Of a stretch of DNA of 64,000 nucleotides, positions 45,877-53,859 are shown in pieces. Numbering within the stretch: the stretch's first letter is position 1; every line of letters starts with the position of its first letter. This DNA comes from an uncultured Syntrophobacterales bacterium (GTDB lineage Bacteria > Desulfobacterota > Desulfobaccia > Desulfobaccales > 0-14-0-80-60-11): assembly GCA_965602785.1 (NCBI GenBank), contig CBFDAH010000001.1, positions 633 through 64,632 on the forward strand, in the 5' to 3' direction. The notes beneath the pieces are model-generated. The model ran no database searches, was not told where the DNA came from, and was given only the letters and a program-made list of their open reading frames with translations. The translations under genes and the position numbers were made by a program.

Positions 45877-46902
45877 ATGACAATGAACAAGGAAATACGG
45901 CTGACGTTGGAGATGGCGGAGTTGCCAAAATGGCTGAGGCTCCTGCCCCTGGGACAAGTGGAGCTGGTGGATGGCCGGCCGCATTTCGACGTGGACCCCG
46001 AATCCCTGGCGGAAATGGTGAAAGCCTTTGCGGCCCGGGGCACGGACCTGGTCATCGATTATGAGCATCAGTCTTTAAAAGGGGTTCAGGCGCCGGCGGC
46101 GGGTTGGATCAAAGACCTGGAAACCCGGGAAGACGGGCTCTGGGCCCTGGTGGAATGGACGGACCAGGCCCAGGAGTATCTGAGCCGTCGGGAGTACCGC
46201 TACTTCTCACCGGTGCTGCGGCTCGACCCGGCCACCCGGCGACCCCAGGAGCTCATGAACATGGCTTTGACTAATGTACCGGCCATTCGGGGGATCGACC
46301 CTCTGGTGGCCAAGTGGGGCGGGGAGGCCCAGGAGCCCCACAACCTCTCAGATGCTCCAGGTTTGGAGGCATGCAAGGAGCGGGATGGGTTGATGACTGA
46401 CCTGAAAATCACGTTGGGGCTACCCCCCGAAGCCGGGGAAAGCGCTCTATGGCAAGAGGCGGCGGAAATCTTCCGGGATCTGGCCCAGCACCTGGGCCTG
46501 CCGGAGGAGGCCACAGCCTCCCAGCTCAAGGGGAGTCTCCTGGCTCTCAAGGACGGGAGTGACCAGGTCATGGCCTTGCAAGAGGAGCTCACGGCCCTGA
46601 AGGACCGGCTGGCCGAAGAAACCGCCATGCGGACGGTGGAGGAGGCCATGCTGGCCGGAAAGGTCAGCCCGGCCCAGAAAAGTTGGGCTTTGACCTATTG
46701 CCGCCAGGACCCGGAGAGCTTCAAGACTTACGTGGAGAAGTCTCCCAAAATCGTGCCCCTAGGCGAACGGCTGAACTTGGGAGAAGAAGGTAACCGGGAA
46801 GATCGGGGACTGACCCCGGAGGAACTGGCCCTGTGCCGGTCCATGAATCTAACCCCGGAAGCGTATTTTCAAGCCAAGGCCAAGATGGCCCAGGCCAAGT
46901 AA
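45877..46902 (+). CDS. Mu I-type prohead protease with C-terminal scaffold region
   Basis: Start moved to ATG 45877. WLRLLPLGQVELVDGRPHFDVD...DLVIDYEHQSL matches the Mu-like prophage I protein. Coiled-coil C-terminal half. Confidence 0.8.
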   Translation: MTMNKEIRLTLEMAELPKWLRLLPLGQVELVDGRPHFDVDPESLAEMVKAFAARGTDLVIDYEHQSLKGVQAPAAGWIKDLETREDGLWALVEWTDQAQEYLSRREYRYFSPVLRLDPATRRPQELMNMALTNVPAIRGIDPLVAKWGGEAQEPHNLSDAPGLEACKERDGLMTDLKITLGLPPEAGESALWQEAAEIFRDLAQHLGLPEEATASQLKGSLLALKDGSDQVMALQEELTALKDRLAEETAMRTVEEAMLAGKVSPAQKSWALTYCRQDPESFKTYVEKSPKIVPLGERLNLGEEGNREDRGLTPEELALCRSMNLTPEAYFQAKAKMAQAK

Positions 46903-46917
46903 CGGAGGTGAGACGAA

Positions 46918-47325
46918 ATGGCAGCTTTAACCAAGGATAGGGCCACGCCATACCGGGACGGCATCGAAATCGAGTTTCCAGTGGCAGCCAACAGCAAGAT
47001 TTACTCCGGCAGCCTGGTGTGCGCCAACACCAGCGGGTACGCGGTGCCAGCGGAGGACACCGCAGGTTTTGCCTTCCTGGGCGTAGCCCTGGAGCAGGTG
47101 GACAACACGGGGGGCGCCGACGGAGTCAAGAAGGTACGCCTCAGACGGACCGGGGTGTTCGAGTTCGACGCCGCCAGCATCACCCAGGACATGGTGGGGA
47201 GCGACATGTTTGCCGTGGACGACCACACCATGGATGACACAATCGGCACCACCAACACCATACGCGTGGGAGTGCTGGTGAAGTACGTGGCCGATACCAA
47301 AGGCTGGATCGATATCAGCAGATAA
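46918..47325 (+). CDS. putative head decoration/cement protein (DUF2190-like)
   Basis: 135 aa between the protease and the major capsid gene. Beta-rich with the GFAFLGVALEQVDNTGG pattern. Assignment is mainly positional. Confidence 0.4.
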   Translation: MAALTKDRATPYRDGIEIEFPVAANSKIYSGSLVCANTSGYAVPAEDTAGFAFLGVALEQVDNTGGADGVKKVRLRRTGVFEFDAASITQDMVGSDMFAVDDHTMDDTIGTTNTIRVGVLVKYVADTKGWIDISR

Positions 47326-47342
47326 CCAGGGAGGTATGAACA

Positions 47343-48239
47343 ATGATCATTAACGCAGACGCCTTGGCCAGAGTCTACACGGCTTTCAGTGCGGTGTTCA
47401 ATAACGCTTTTCAGAGCACCGAGACCTGGTACGAACAGATCGCCATGACGGTGCCGGCCAAGACTCGCATCATGGATTACAAGTTTCTGCTGGACTTCCC
47501 CACGGTGCGGGAATGGATCGGGGACCGGCAAATAAGCTCGCTGGAGCCCAAGGCCTACCAGGTGGAGACCAAGGATTGGGAAGCCACCATTGAAATCGAG
47601 CGCAACGACGTGGAAGACGAGCAGTTGGGGCTATACAACCCCATCATTGCGGCCATGGCCGAGGAAGCCAAACGACACCCGGAAAAGCTCATTGCCAATC
47701 TCATGAAAAACGGTGCCACTTCTTTGTGTTACGACGGGCAACCCTTCTTCAGTGCGGACCACCAGGTGGGGAGCGGGACGGCGTCCAACTTTGATTTCAG
47801 CGACAGCGAAGGCTGGTTCCTCATGGACCAATCCCGGGCCATCAAGCCCTTCCTCTTTCAGATACGCCGGGGAGTGCAACTGGTGCGCATGGACCGGCCG
47901 GACGACGAACACGTCTTTCTGCACAAGAAGTTCCGCTACGGGGTGGACTACCGGGGCGCCGCGGCCTACGGCCTGTGGCAGTTAGCCTTTTGCTCTAAAC
48001 AGGAATTGAATGCCACTAACTATGCCTCGGCCCGGGCGGCCATGATGTCCCAAACCAACGCCGAAGGCATGCCTCTAGGCATCAAGCCCAACCTGCTGGT
48101 GGTGCCGCCGGCCCTGGAGTCCAAGGCCCGGGAAATCCTGCACGCCCAGTTCATTATCGGCTCAGACTCGGTGGGCGGTTCCAAGTCCAACATCTGGCAG
48201 GGCTCGTCGGAGCTCCTGGTAATGCCAGAGCTGGTCTAA
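47343..48239 (+). CDS. major capsid protein, Mu gpT-like
   Basis: 298 aa. FLLDFPTVREWIGDRQISSLEPKAYQVETKDWEATIEIERNDVEDEQLGLYNP matches the gpT family pattern. Confidence 0.8.
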   Translation: MIINADALARVYTAFSAVFNNAFQSTETWYEQIAMTVPAKTRIMDYKFLLDFPTVREWIGDRQISSLEPKAYQVETKDWEATIEIERNDVEDEQLGLYNPIIAAMAEEAKRHPEKLIANLMKNGATSLCYDGQPFFSADHQVGSGTASNFDFSDSEGWFLMDQSRAIKPFLFQIRRGVQLVRMDRPDDEHVFLHKKFRYGVDYRGAAAYGLWQLAFCSKQELNATNYASARAAMMSQTNAEGMPLGIKPNLLVVPPALESKAREILHAQFIIGSDSVGGSKSNIWQGSSELLVMPELV

Positions 48240-48296
48240 ACCTGAATATGATGAGGGGCGGTCACCAGAGCGCCCCTTACTGCACAAGGAGTTGTC

Positions 48297-48638
48297 ATGA
48301 GCTGGTTCGGCGGAATTGTCATCCAAACCGAAAACAGCGTCCCAGGGAACTTTGAGGAGCTCCAGGTGAACGACAGTTCCTCCTGGTTCCAACGGGGCAA
48401 AATCAAACCCACGAGCGGCCCATATGCCGGCTTGTCGGCCCAGGCAGGATTGATTTCCCTGGAAGGTGGGGACATTCGCTTTCGCCTGGACGGTCTGAGT
48501 CCACCCACAAGCACCAGCGGACATTATATGAGCAGTGGCGATACTTTCCTTCTCATCGGCACCCAGGCTTTATTGCAGTTTCGGGCCATCCGGGTGGGAG
48601 TGGAGAACGGCATTTTAACCGCGACTTACTTCTTTTAG
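48297..48638 (+). CDS. phage hypothetical protein
   Basis: 113-aa ORF in the operon orientation. No motif. Confidence 0.45.
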   Translation: MSWFGGIVIQTENSVPGNFEELQVNDSSSWFQRGKIKPTSGPYAGLSAQAGLISLEGGDIRFRLDGLSPPTSTSGHYMSSGDTFLLIGTQALLQFRAIRVGVENGILTATYFF

Positions 48639-48667
48639 AGAAGCCTAGCAGAACAGGGAGGCAAGCG

Positions 48668-48835
48668 ATGTTCACGGGCAAGAAGACCTACATTATGGCA
48701 GCCATTATGGGCCTGGGGGCCTTCGCCCGGGCTATGGGGTGGCTGCAGCAAGACCAGTTCGAACTTCTCATGGGGCTGGCCGGCTCGCTGGGCCTGGCGG
48801 CGCTCCGGTCCGGGGTCTCCAAGACCACCGAATGA
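48668..48835 (+). CDS. small membrane protein (55 aa, holin-like)
   Basis: Not in the ORF track. GGGAGG RBS 7 nt upstream. MFTGKKTYIMAAIMGLGAFARAMGWLQQDQFELLMGLAGSLGLAALRSGVSKTTE has two hydrophobic segments. Its stop lies 1 nt before the next ATG. Confidence 0.5.
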   Translation: MFTGKKTYIMAAIMGLGAFARAMGWLQQDQFELLMGLAGSLGLAALRSGVSKTTE

Positions 48836-48836
48836 C

Positions 48837-49100
48837 ATGAACTACGGCGACCTGGCAGAGCACGTGGGGGTGGTGGTGGCCCTCCTGGGCATCTTCGCAG
48901 GCCTGAGCGGGATGCTGTTCTGGCGGATGCTGGTGCGCATGGAAAAAAAGCTGGACCAGCTCCACGACGCCACCCAACGCTGTCGCTCCAGCCTGGGCGA
49001 ACGGTTCTTAGGGCGGGAGGAGTTCCGCAAGGAAAAGGACGATATCTGGGAGGCCGTCAATGCCCACTCTCATAGCACCGAGGGGCGGGTGGTGCGGTAA
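48837..49100 (+). CDS. single-pass membrane coiled-coil protein (paralog of 61106..61366)
   Basis: N-terminal TM, then RMEKKLDQLHDATQRC...WEAVNAHSHSTEGRVVR. Aligns with 61106..61366 (RMEGKMDTLRQNC...WEALHHHEHDFQGRVRR). Confidence 0.55.
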   Translation: MNYGDLAEHVGVVVALLGIFAGLSGMLFWRMLVRMEKKLDQLHDATQRCRSSLGERFLGREEFRKEKDDIWEAVNAHSHSTEGRVVR

Positions 49101-49133
49101 CCCTCTTGAAGAAAAACACGTAGGAGAAAGACC

Positions 49134-49601
49134 ATGAAGAAGCTGGTTATTGCTCTCATGCTCATTAGCCTGGTGGGTTGCGCTGGTATGCTAACCAAGC
49201 CGCCGGTGGGATGCGAAGAAGCTTTCGTGTGGAAAAGTGGCTTCATGCCCGAGGGACGGGAGTTGTTGGAACTGGGGTTTGCCTCCCTGATCACTGCGGA
49301 GCCCAAATTAAAGCCCCACGTGAAGACCGGGGCACTGAAAGCCTGGCGTTTGGTACATGACGGGACCCTCGGGGGCGCGGTGACGGAATTGTTGGGTTTG
49401 GTCGAGAAGAATCCTCAATATACCCCCCTGGCCCTCTTTGCGCTCCAGCGCCTGGACATGGATCGGAGCCTGAACACGTGCGACCAGGAGGTGCTCTTGT
49501 CCATGTTCCGTAACATCGCCATCTATGCCGGAGCCACGGAGCAGGACTTCACCGCCAGCTTGGCGAGCCTGGTCAGCCCTCCGGCGGTAAAGGACAAATA
49601 G
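49134..49601 (+). CDS. phage lipoprotein
   Basis: Lipobox MKKLVIALMLISLVGCAG. Confidence 0.6.
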   Translation: MKKLVIALMLISLVGCAGMLTKPPVGCEEAFVWKSGFMPEGRELLELGFASLITAEPKLKPHVKTGALKAWRLVHDGTLGGAVTELLGLVEKNPQYTPLALFALQRLDMDRSLNTCDQEVLLSMFRNIAIYAGATEQDFTASLASLVSPPAVKDK

Positions 49602-49602
49602 C

Positions 49603-50025
49603 ATGGCTTACTGTACGGAAAACGATCTCATCACGATGATTTCCCAGGAAGAGCTGGCCGCCCTCACGGCGGAATCCGGGGAGTCACCCGACAGTCTGGT
49701 GGTGGCAGAGGCCATTACCCAGGCCGACGCCGAAATCGACGCCTATCTGGGGACACGTTATACGCTGCCCCTGGCGCCGGTGCCGTCCCAGGTAAAGGGA
49801 CTGTCGGTGGACATGGCCATCTACCACCTCTACTCCCGGCGCAGCGTGGCGCCGTCAGTCAGGCGGCAGAGGTATGAGGCGGCGGTGAGCTTCCTCAAAC
49901 AGGTGGCGGCAGGCCACGTCGTGTTGGAAGGGGCCAGCGGCCTTCTCCCGGAAAGCGAGCGGGTGGAGAGCGAGTTTACCGGCCCCGCCCGGGTTTTTTC
50001 CCGCAACACCCTGGGGGAATGGTAG
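49603..50025 (+). CDS. head-tail connector protein, Mu gp36-like (DUF1320)
   Basis: MAYCTENDLITMISQEELAALT...ADAEIDAYLGTRYTLPL matches the DUF1320 pattern. Confidence 0.7.
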   Translation: MAYCTENDLITMISQEELAALTAESGESPDSLVVAEAITQADAEIDAYLGTRYTLPLAPVPSQVKGLSVDMAIYHLYSRRSVAPSVRRQRYEAAVSFLKQVAAGHVVLEGASGLLPESERVESEFTGPARVFSRNTLGEW

Positions 50026-50031
50026 GAAGCT

Positions 50032-50472
50032 ATGAGCAGCCTTTCCTGGATCACGGTGGAAGACGCGGTGGTGGCCGCCCTGGAGAGCCAACTGAGACCG
50101 GCGGTCAAGACCGTCATGAGCTACCAGGGGAACTGGAGGACTGATCTCAGACAGGAGACCTGGCGGCTACCAGCGGCGCTGGTAATGCTGCGGCGCAGCC
50201 GGTCGGACCAGGTGGGGCTGTCTTCGTATGATCTCACCCTGGACTTCGAGGTGTTGGTGGTGGTGCGGCAATTGCGGGGCGAGGCGGCAGGCCGGCGAGA
50301 AACGGGAGGGGCTTACGACCTCCTGGCAGGGGTGCGGGAAGCCCTGTGGCATCAGGACCTAGGGCTGGAGGTGACACCCCTGGCCCTGGTCCGGGAAGAG
50401 CCGCTCCTGAACGACGGGGAATTCACGGTGTATGCCGCCCACTACCGCACAGCCCTGGTCCAGGACCGGTAA
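50032..50472 (+). CDS. Mu gp37-like virion protein (DUF1834)
   Basis: Position after the DUF1320 gene. LPAALVMLRRS...FEVLVVVRQLRGEAAGRRETGGAYDLLAGVREAL pattern. Confidence 0.6.
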   Translation: MSSLSWITVEDAVVAALESQLRPAVKTVMSYQGNWRTDLRQETWRLPAALVMLRRSRSDQVGLSSYDLTLDFEVLVVVRQLRGEAAGRRETGGAYDLLAGVREALWHQDLGLEVTPLALVREEPLLNDGEFTVYAAHYRTALVQDR

Positions 50473-50508
50473 GGTCGGGGTCGCGGCGGGTCTAGAGGAG
50501 ATACAAGG

Positions 50509-51801
50509 ATGACCAGGTCCATACGTAACTTTTTAGCCACCCACAATCTGCTGGCCGTCTCGGCGAGTTACCAGGAGACTGCCATCAACCAGGAGCAAGC
50601 CCTGGATACCACCTTCCTGGCGGACCTGAATACGGTCCTCAATTACCGGGCCCTCAAGTCCGCCAATCGGGAAGAGATTACCGGGAAGGAAGAGGCGGAC
50701 CGGCTTTACGACCTGGGAGGCACGGTGGCAGGTTCCCTGGCCTTCTCCCGGGGGCAGCCGCAGCATTTCGCCTTTCTGCTGGCCTATGCCCTGGGGGAGG
50801 TGAACACCTCGACGGCGGGAGCCAGCGGCTATCGCCACGTGATCAAGCCCCGGGCCGGGGAGGTGGACCAGGGCCGCTCCAACCCTTCCTTCACCGCGGC
50901 CATGCGCTTCGGGCGGCAGGTGATGAAGCGGCGCTTTGCCTCCTGTTTCCTGGACCAGGTGCGGGTGGACTTCGCCAAGGACGGCTGGGCCAAAATCACC
51001 GGGGTGGTGAAAGGGACGGGCAAGGTGACGGACAACACCCAGGTGGAAGAGGTCACCGCTCCCTACAACGCCGGGAGTCTTACCCTGGCGGTGATCGGGG
51101 TGGAAGGGGGGAGTGCCGCGGAGCGCCTGGCCAACGTGCAGGCGGTCAAGGTGCTGAACCCCGCCACCCAGGCCTGGGATGAGGCGCCGTACTCCGCGGT
51201 GTCCGGGGACACCCCGGCGGTGCTCACCATCACCCCTCCCGGGGGGAGCGGGGAGAACACCACCTACCGGGTGTACTACCTGCCCCAGGAAAACGGTTGG
51301 ATGGCTTTCCCGGACCGGGTGGAGGAGCCGCCCTTGAAGGTAAGCCAGCTTATCGTGAACCTGGGAGGACGCTGGAACGGCAGCAGCTTCACCGGGGGCC
51401 ATACTTTGGCGGCGGAGCTCAGGCGCCTCACCTGGAACTTTCACAACCACCTGACGCCGGAGCGTACACCCGGCGGGGGGAATTACGCCAACCGGGCCTT
51501 CCGCACCGGCCGGGAGCAAAAACTCAAGTTTGACCGGGACTTCCGGGACTTTCTCATGGCCCAGAGCCTCAAGGACACCGACTACTTCGGCATTTACCTG
51601 AAGGCCATGGGGCCGGAGTTCGAAACAGGGGTGTCCTACCAGGCGGAACTCATTTTCCCCCGGGTGGCGGTGTCGGCCGCGCCGGTGCGGGTGGCCCAGC
51701 GGCGGCTGGCCGAGGAGCTGGAGTTTGCGGTGTTGGAGGATGACACCTACGGCTCGGTCATCGCCATGGTGCAGAACCAGGTGAGCGGCTACGCCGCTTA
51801 G
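50509..51801 (+). CDS. putative major tail (tube) protein with inserted domain
   Basis: 430 aa. Placed between the head-tail joining genes and the chaperone-like/tape-measure genes. GAGGAG RBS. Identity is positional only. Confidence 0.4.
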   Translation: MTRSIRNFLATHNLLAVSASYQETAINQEQALDTTFLADLNTVLNYRALKSANREEITGKEEADRLYDLGGTVAGSLAFSRGQPQHFAFLLAYALGEVNTSTAGASGYRHVIKPRAGEVDQGRSNPSFTAAMRFGRQVMKRRFASCFLDQVRVDFAKDGWAKITGVVKGTGKVTDNTQVEEVTAPYNAGSLTLAVIGVEGGSAAERLANVQAVKVLNPATQAWDEAPYSAVSGDTPAVLTITPPGGSGENTTYRVYYLPQENGWMAFPDRVEEPPLKVSQLIVNLGGRWNGSSFTGGHTLAAELRRLTWNFHNHLTPERTPGGGNYANRAFRTGREQKLKFDRDFRDFLMAQSLKDTDYFGIYLKAMGPEFETGVSYQAELIFPRVAVSAAPVRVAQRRLAEELEFAVLEDDTYGSVIAMVQNQVSGYAA

Positions 51802-51802
51802 G

Positions 51803-52195
51803 GTGAGGCAAATGTCGAGGATACTGGGAGAGGAACGCCACCGGTTGGCCATCCAGGACCCGATGAGCGGGTCGGTGATCACCCTGTACTTCAGGCGGCC
51901 CACCTCAGAGGAGCGGGTGGCCTATCAACTCTCCGTGTTTCACCTGGACGGAGGTGAGCGGCGCCTGCGCCTCAGCGAGACCCGGCTCAGGTTTGGCTTG
52001 GAAATCCTAACGGGTTTCGAGAGCGGAAATTTTCTTATCCAGGAAAACGGCCAGACCATGAACCTGGACCCTGACCAGCACCCGGACTGGAAAGAGCGCT
52101 TGGGGGAGCACGCCTCGGACCTGGTGTCCTATCTCGGCCAACAAGTGTTTGAGGGCCTGCGGGTCTTAGGACGGGGAGGGCCCGAATGGGGCTGA
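51803..52195 (+). CDS. putative tail assembly chaperone
   Basis: 130 aa, immediately upstream of the tape-measure region. Positional assignment. Confidence 0.4.
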   Translation: MRQMSRILGEERHRLAIQDPMSGSVITLYFRRPTSEERVAYQLSVFHLDGGERRLRLSETRLRFGLEILTGFESGNFLIQENGQTMNLDPDQHPDWKERLGEHASDLVSYLGQQVFEGLRVLGRGGPEWG

Positions 52196-52542
52196 CCGGG
52201 GCTGTTGCAGGAAGTAAAGGGGCTGAGGCCGAGACGTGGGATCTGCTCAAGGAGCTCAGAGCGTTGGCCACAGGTCGCCTCTGCCGAGATGAGCAGCGGC
52301 GCACCTGCCGGGCGGAACACGGCCCCTTTGCCGACTGGGCCTGTGGGACGTGCGCCGAGTATCTCAGACCCGAGGCCATCTCGCCCTGGACCTGGCACCT
52401 CATTTTTTTGCACAGATTGAAAAAAGCCGGGTATCCCTTCCAGGCTAACGATCTGAGCCTGGAAACCTGGCTGCTTTTAGGGCTGGTGGAAGAAGCCCTG
52501 GCCAAACCCAAAGGAGGACCCGGTGCCCAGAGACAATTTTAA
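52186..52542 (+). CDS. phage hypothetical protein (Cys-containing)
   Basis: 118 aa. Own GGAGG RBS 6 nt before ATG 52186. Overlaps both neighbours. C..C...CGTC pattern. Confidence 0.4.
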   Translation: MGLTGAVAGSKGAEAETWDLLKELRALATGRLCRDEQRRTCRAEHGPFADWACGTCAEYLRPEAISPWTWHLIFLHRLKKAGYPFQANDLSLETWLLLGLVEEALAKPKGGPGAQRQF

Positions 52543-53284
52543 AGGTAGGGGACGCGACCAGGAGCTGGCGGAGTATCGCGCCCTTCAGCAGGAAATGACG
52601 GCCATCGGCCATGAGCAGGGTCAGACGAGGCTGGCCGCCTGGAACCGGGAGGTGGAGGACATGACCGCCGCCTGGGAAGGGTTCCAGCAGGACTGGCAAG
52701 GAACCCTGCAGCAGATGGCAGGGGCGGCGCTGGCCAAATTTGACGAGATCAGCGCCCGGGGGGAGGCTTCCGGGAACCATCTGGCCCAGAGCTGGCGCCA
52801 GTGCCTGGCCGAAATCACCGGTGAGGTGGACGCCTGGGGGGAGCAGGTGATGCAGACCCTGGACAAGGTGGGCTCGGGCTTCCAGTTCGGCCTGGGGGGC
52901 GGCGGCACAGGCCAGGACTGGCTTTCCTGGCTGGGTCTGGGCTTTGACTTTGGAGGCATCTTCCATGAAGGGGGCATCGTGGAGGCCCACCGGGGGCTGG
53001 CGGTGGCCCCGGAGGCCCTCCTGGGCGACGAACGTCTGGTCAAGGTTCAAACCGGGGAAGGCATTCTTCCCCGGGAGGCCATGGTGCGCCTGGGAGAAGA
53101 CAAGTTTGAGGCCCTGCGTAGCGGAAACCTCCAGATGAACCAGGGCCCCGCCGGGCCCCGCTATGACATCACCATCCAGGTGCAGAGCCTGGACGCGGCC
53201 AGTGCGGCTGGAATGGACTGGGAGCGAGTGGTGCAGCGCCATCTTTTGCCCGCTTTGGAGCGGGAGCTCGGCCAGCGCTGGTAA
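52523..53284 (+). CDS. putative short tape measure protein
   Basis: GTG start with an AAGGAGG RBS. Helical N-terminus, Gly-rich hydrophobic core GSGFQFGLGGGGTGQDWLSWLGLGFDFGGIFHEGGIV, and a GE.ILP motif as seen in tape measure C-termini. Confidence 0.45.
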   Translation: MPRDNFKGRGRDQELAEYRALQQEMTAIGHEQGQTRLAAWNREVEDMTAAWEGFQQDWQGTLQQMAGAALAKFDEISARGEASGNHLAQSWRQCLAEITGEVDAWGEQVMQTLDKVGSGFQFGLGGGGTGQDWLSWLGLGFDFGGIFHEGGIVEAHRGLAVAPEALLGDERLVKVQTGEGILPREAMVRLGEDKFEALRSGNLQMNQGPAGPRYDITIQVQSLDAASAAGMDWERVVQRHLLPALERELGQRW

Positions 53285-53293
53285 GGAGGGGAC

Positions 53294-53659
53294 ATGGCCA
53301 ACGCCAAGCTGGAATGGACCCCGCAGGGGGAGAGCCGCCAGAATTATACCCTGCCGGTGAATTTTACCTGGGATTACCAGGAGTTGGGCACTGACGACAG
53401 CGACCGGGAGCGGGCCCTGGATGGGACTTTGCGGAGCTACAACCGGGGTCTCAAGGCCCGGTGGGTGCTGCGCTTTCAATATATCGGGGCGGCCCAGAAG
53501 GAGCAGTTGGCGGCGCTCAAGCAGGCCCAGGTGGAAATCGACTTTTTCCGGGAGGCCGGAGGCGGCAAGACTTTCACGGGAATCTGGACCAACGACCTGG
53601 ACTTCCGGGAGGTGGCGCCGGGCCTGTGGTCCGGCAGCCTGGTACTGGACGAGGTGTGA
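53294..53659 (+). CDS. phage tail-associated hypothetical protein
   Basis: 121-aa ORF directly after the tape-measure candidate. Confidence 0.4.
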   Translation: MANAKLEWTPQGESRQNYTLPVNFTWDYQELGTDDSDRERALDGTLRSYNRGLKARWVLRFQYIGAAQKEQLAALKQAQVEIDFFREAGGGKTFTGIWTNDLDFREVAPGLWSGSLVLDEV

Positions 53660-53682
53660 CAAGGTGTTGAAGAGGGTTTTTC

Positions 53683-53738
53683 GGGGAAGGGGGCCAGAGG
53701 CCACAGACCCCTGCCCCCTCCCCCCTCTCCCAACCCCA
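53683..53738. repeat. single G/C-tract hairpin unit inside the phage cluster
   Basis: GGGGAAGGGGGCCAGAGGCCACAGACCCCTGCCCCCTCCCCCC followed by TCTCCCAACCCC. Confidence 0.8.
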
Positions 53739-53859
53739 TACTTGATATTTGGCTTCGCCAATGGCCAGCAAACCACAGAACTCAAAAAAAAACGGCCTTG
53801 GGGATTACACTCTTTCAACAGCCTGGAAGCCTAAGGACAGCCAAGCGTAAAGGAACAAC

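Noticed and set aside
50533-51903. 456-aa minus-strand ORF. Similar long antisense ORFs occur at 55628..57325, 57347..58240, 52445..53818, 31263..32522, 38751..39563, 3969..4790, 62726..63643 and 11737..12549.
   Set aside because: Each lies antisense to a gene with clear family motifs or operon context. Their translations are Gly/Pro/Arg/His-rich low-complexity strings, typical of stop-poor antisense frames in GC-rich DNA, and none has an RBS.
51803-52542. Programmed -1 frameshift between the two chaperone-like ORFs (lambda G/GT paradigm); the second ORF is in the -1 frame and overlaps by 10 nt.
   Set aside because: The -1 frame opens only at 52153, and no X XXY YYZ slippery heptamer lies between 52153 and 52195. 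The second ORF has its own GGAGG RBS 6 nt before ATG 52186, so independent initiation is simpler.
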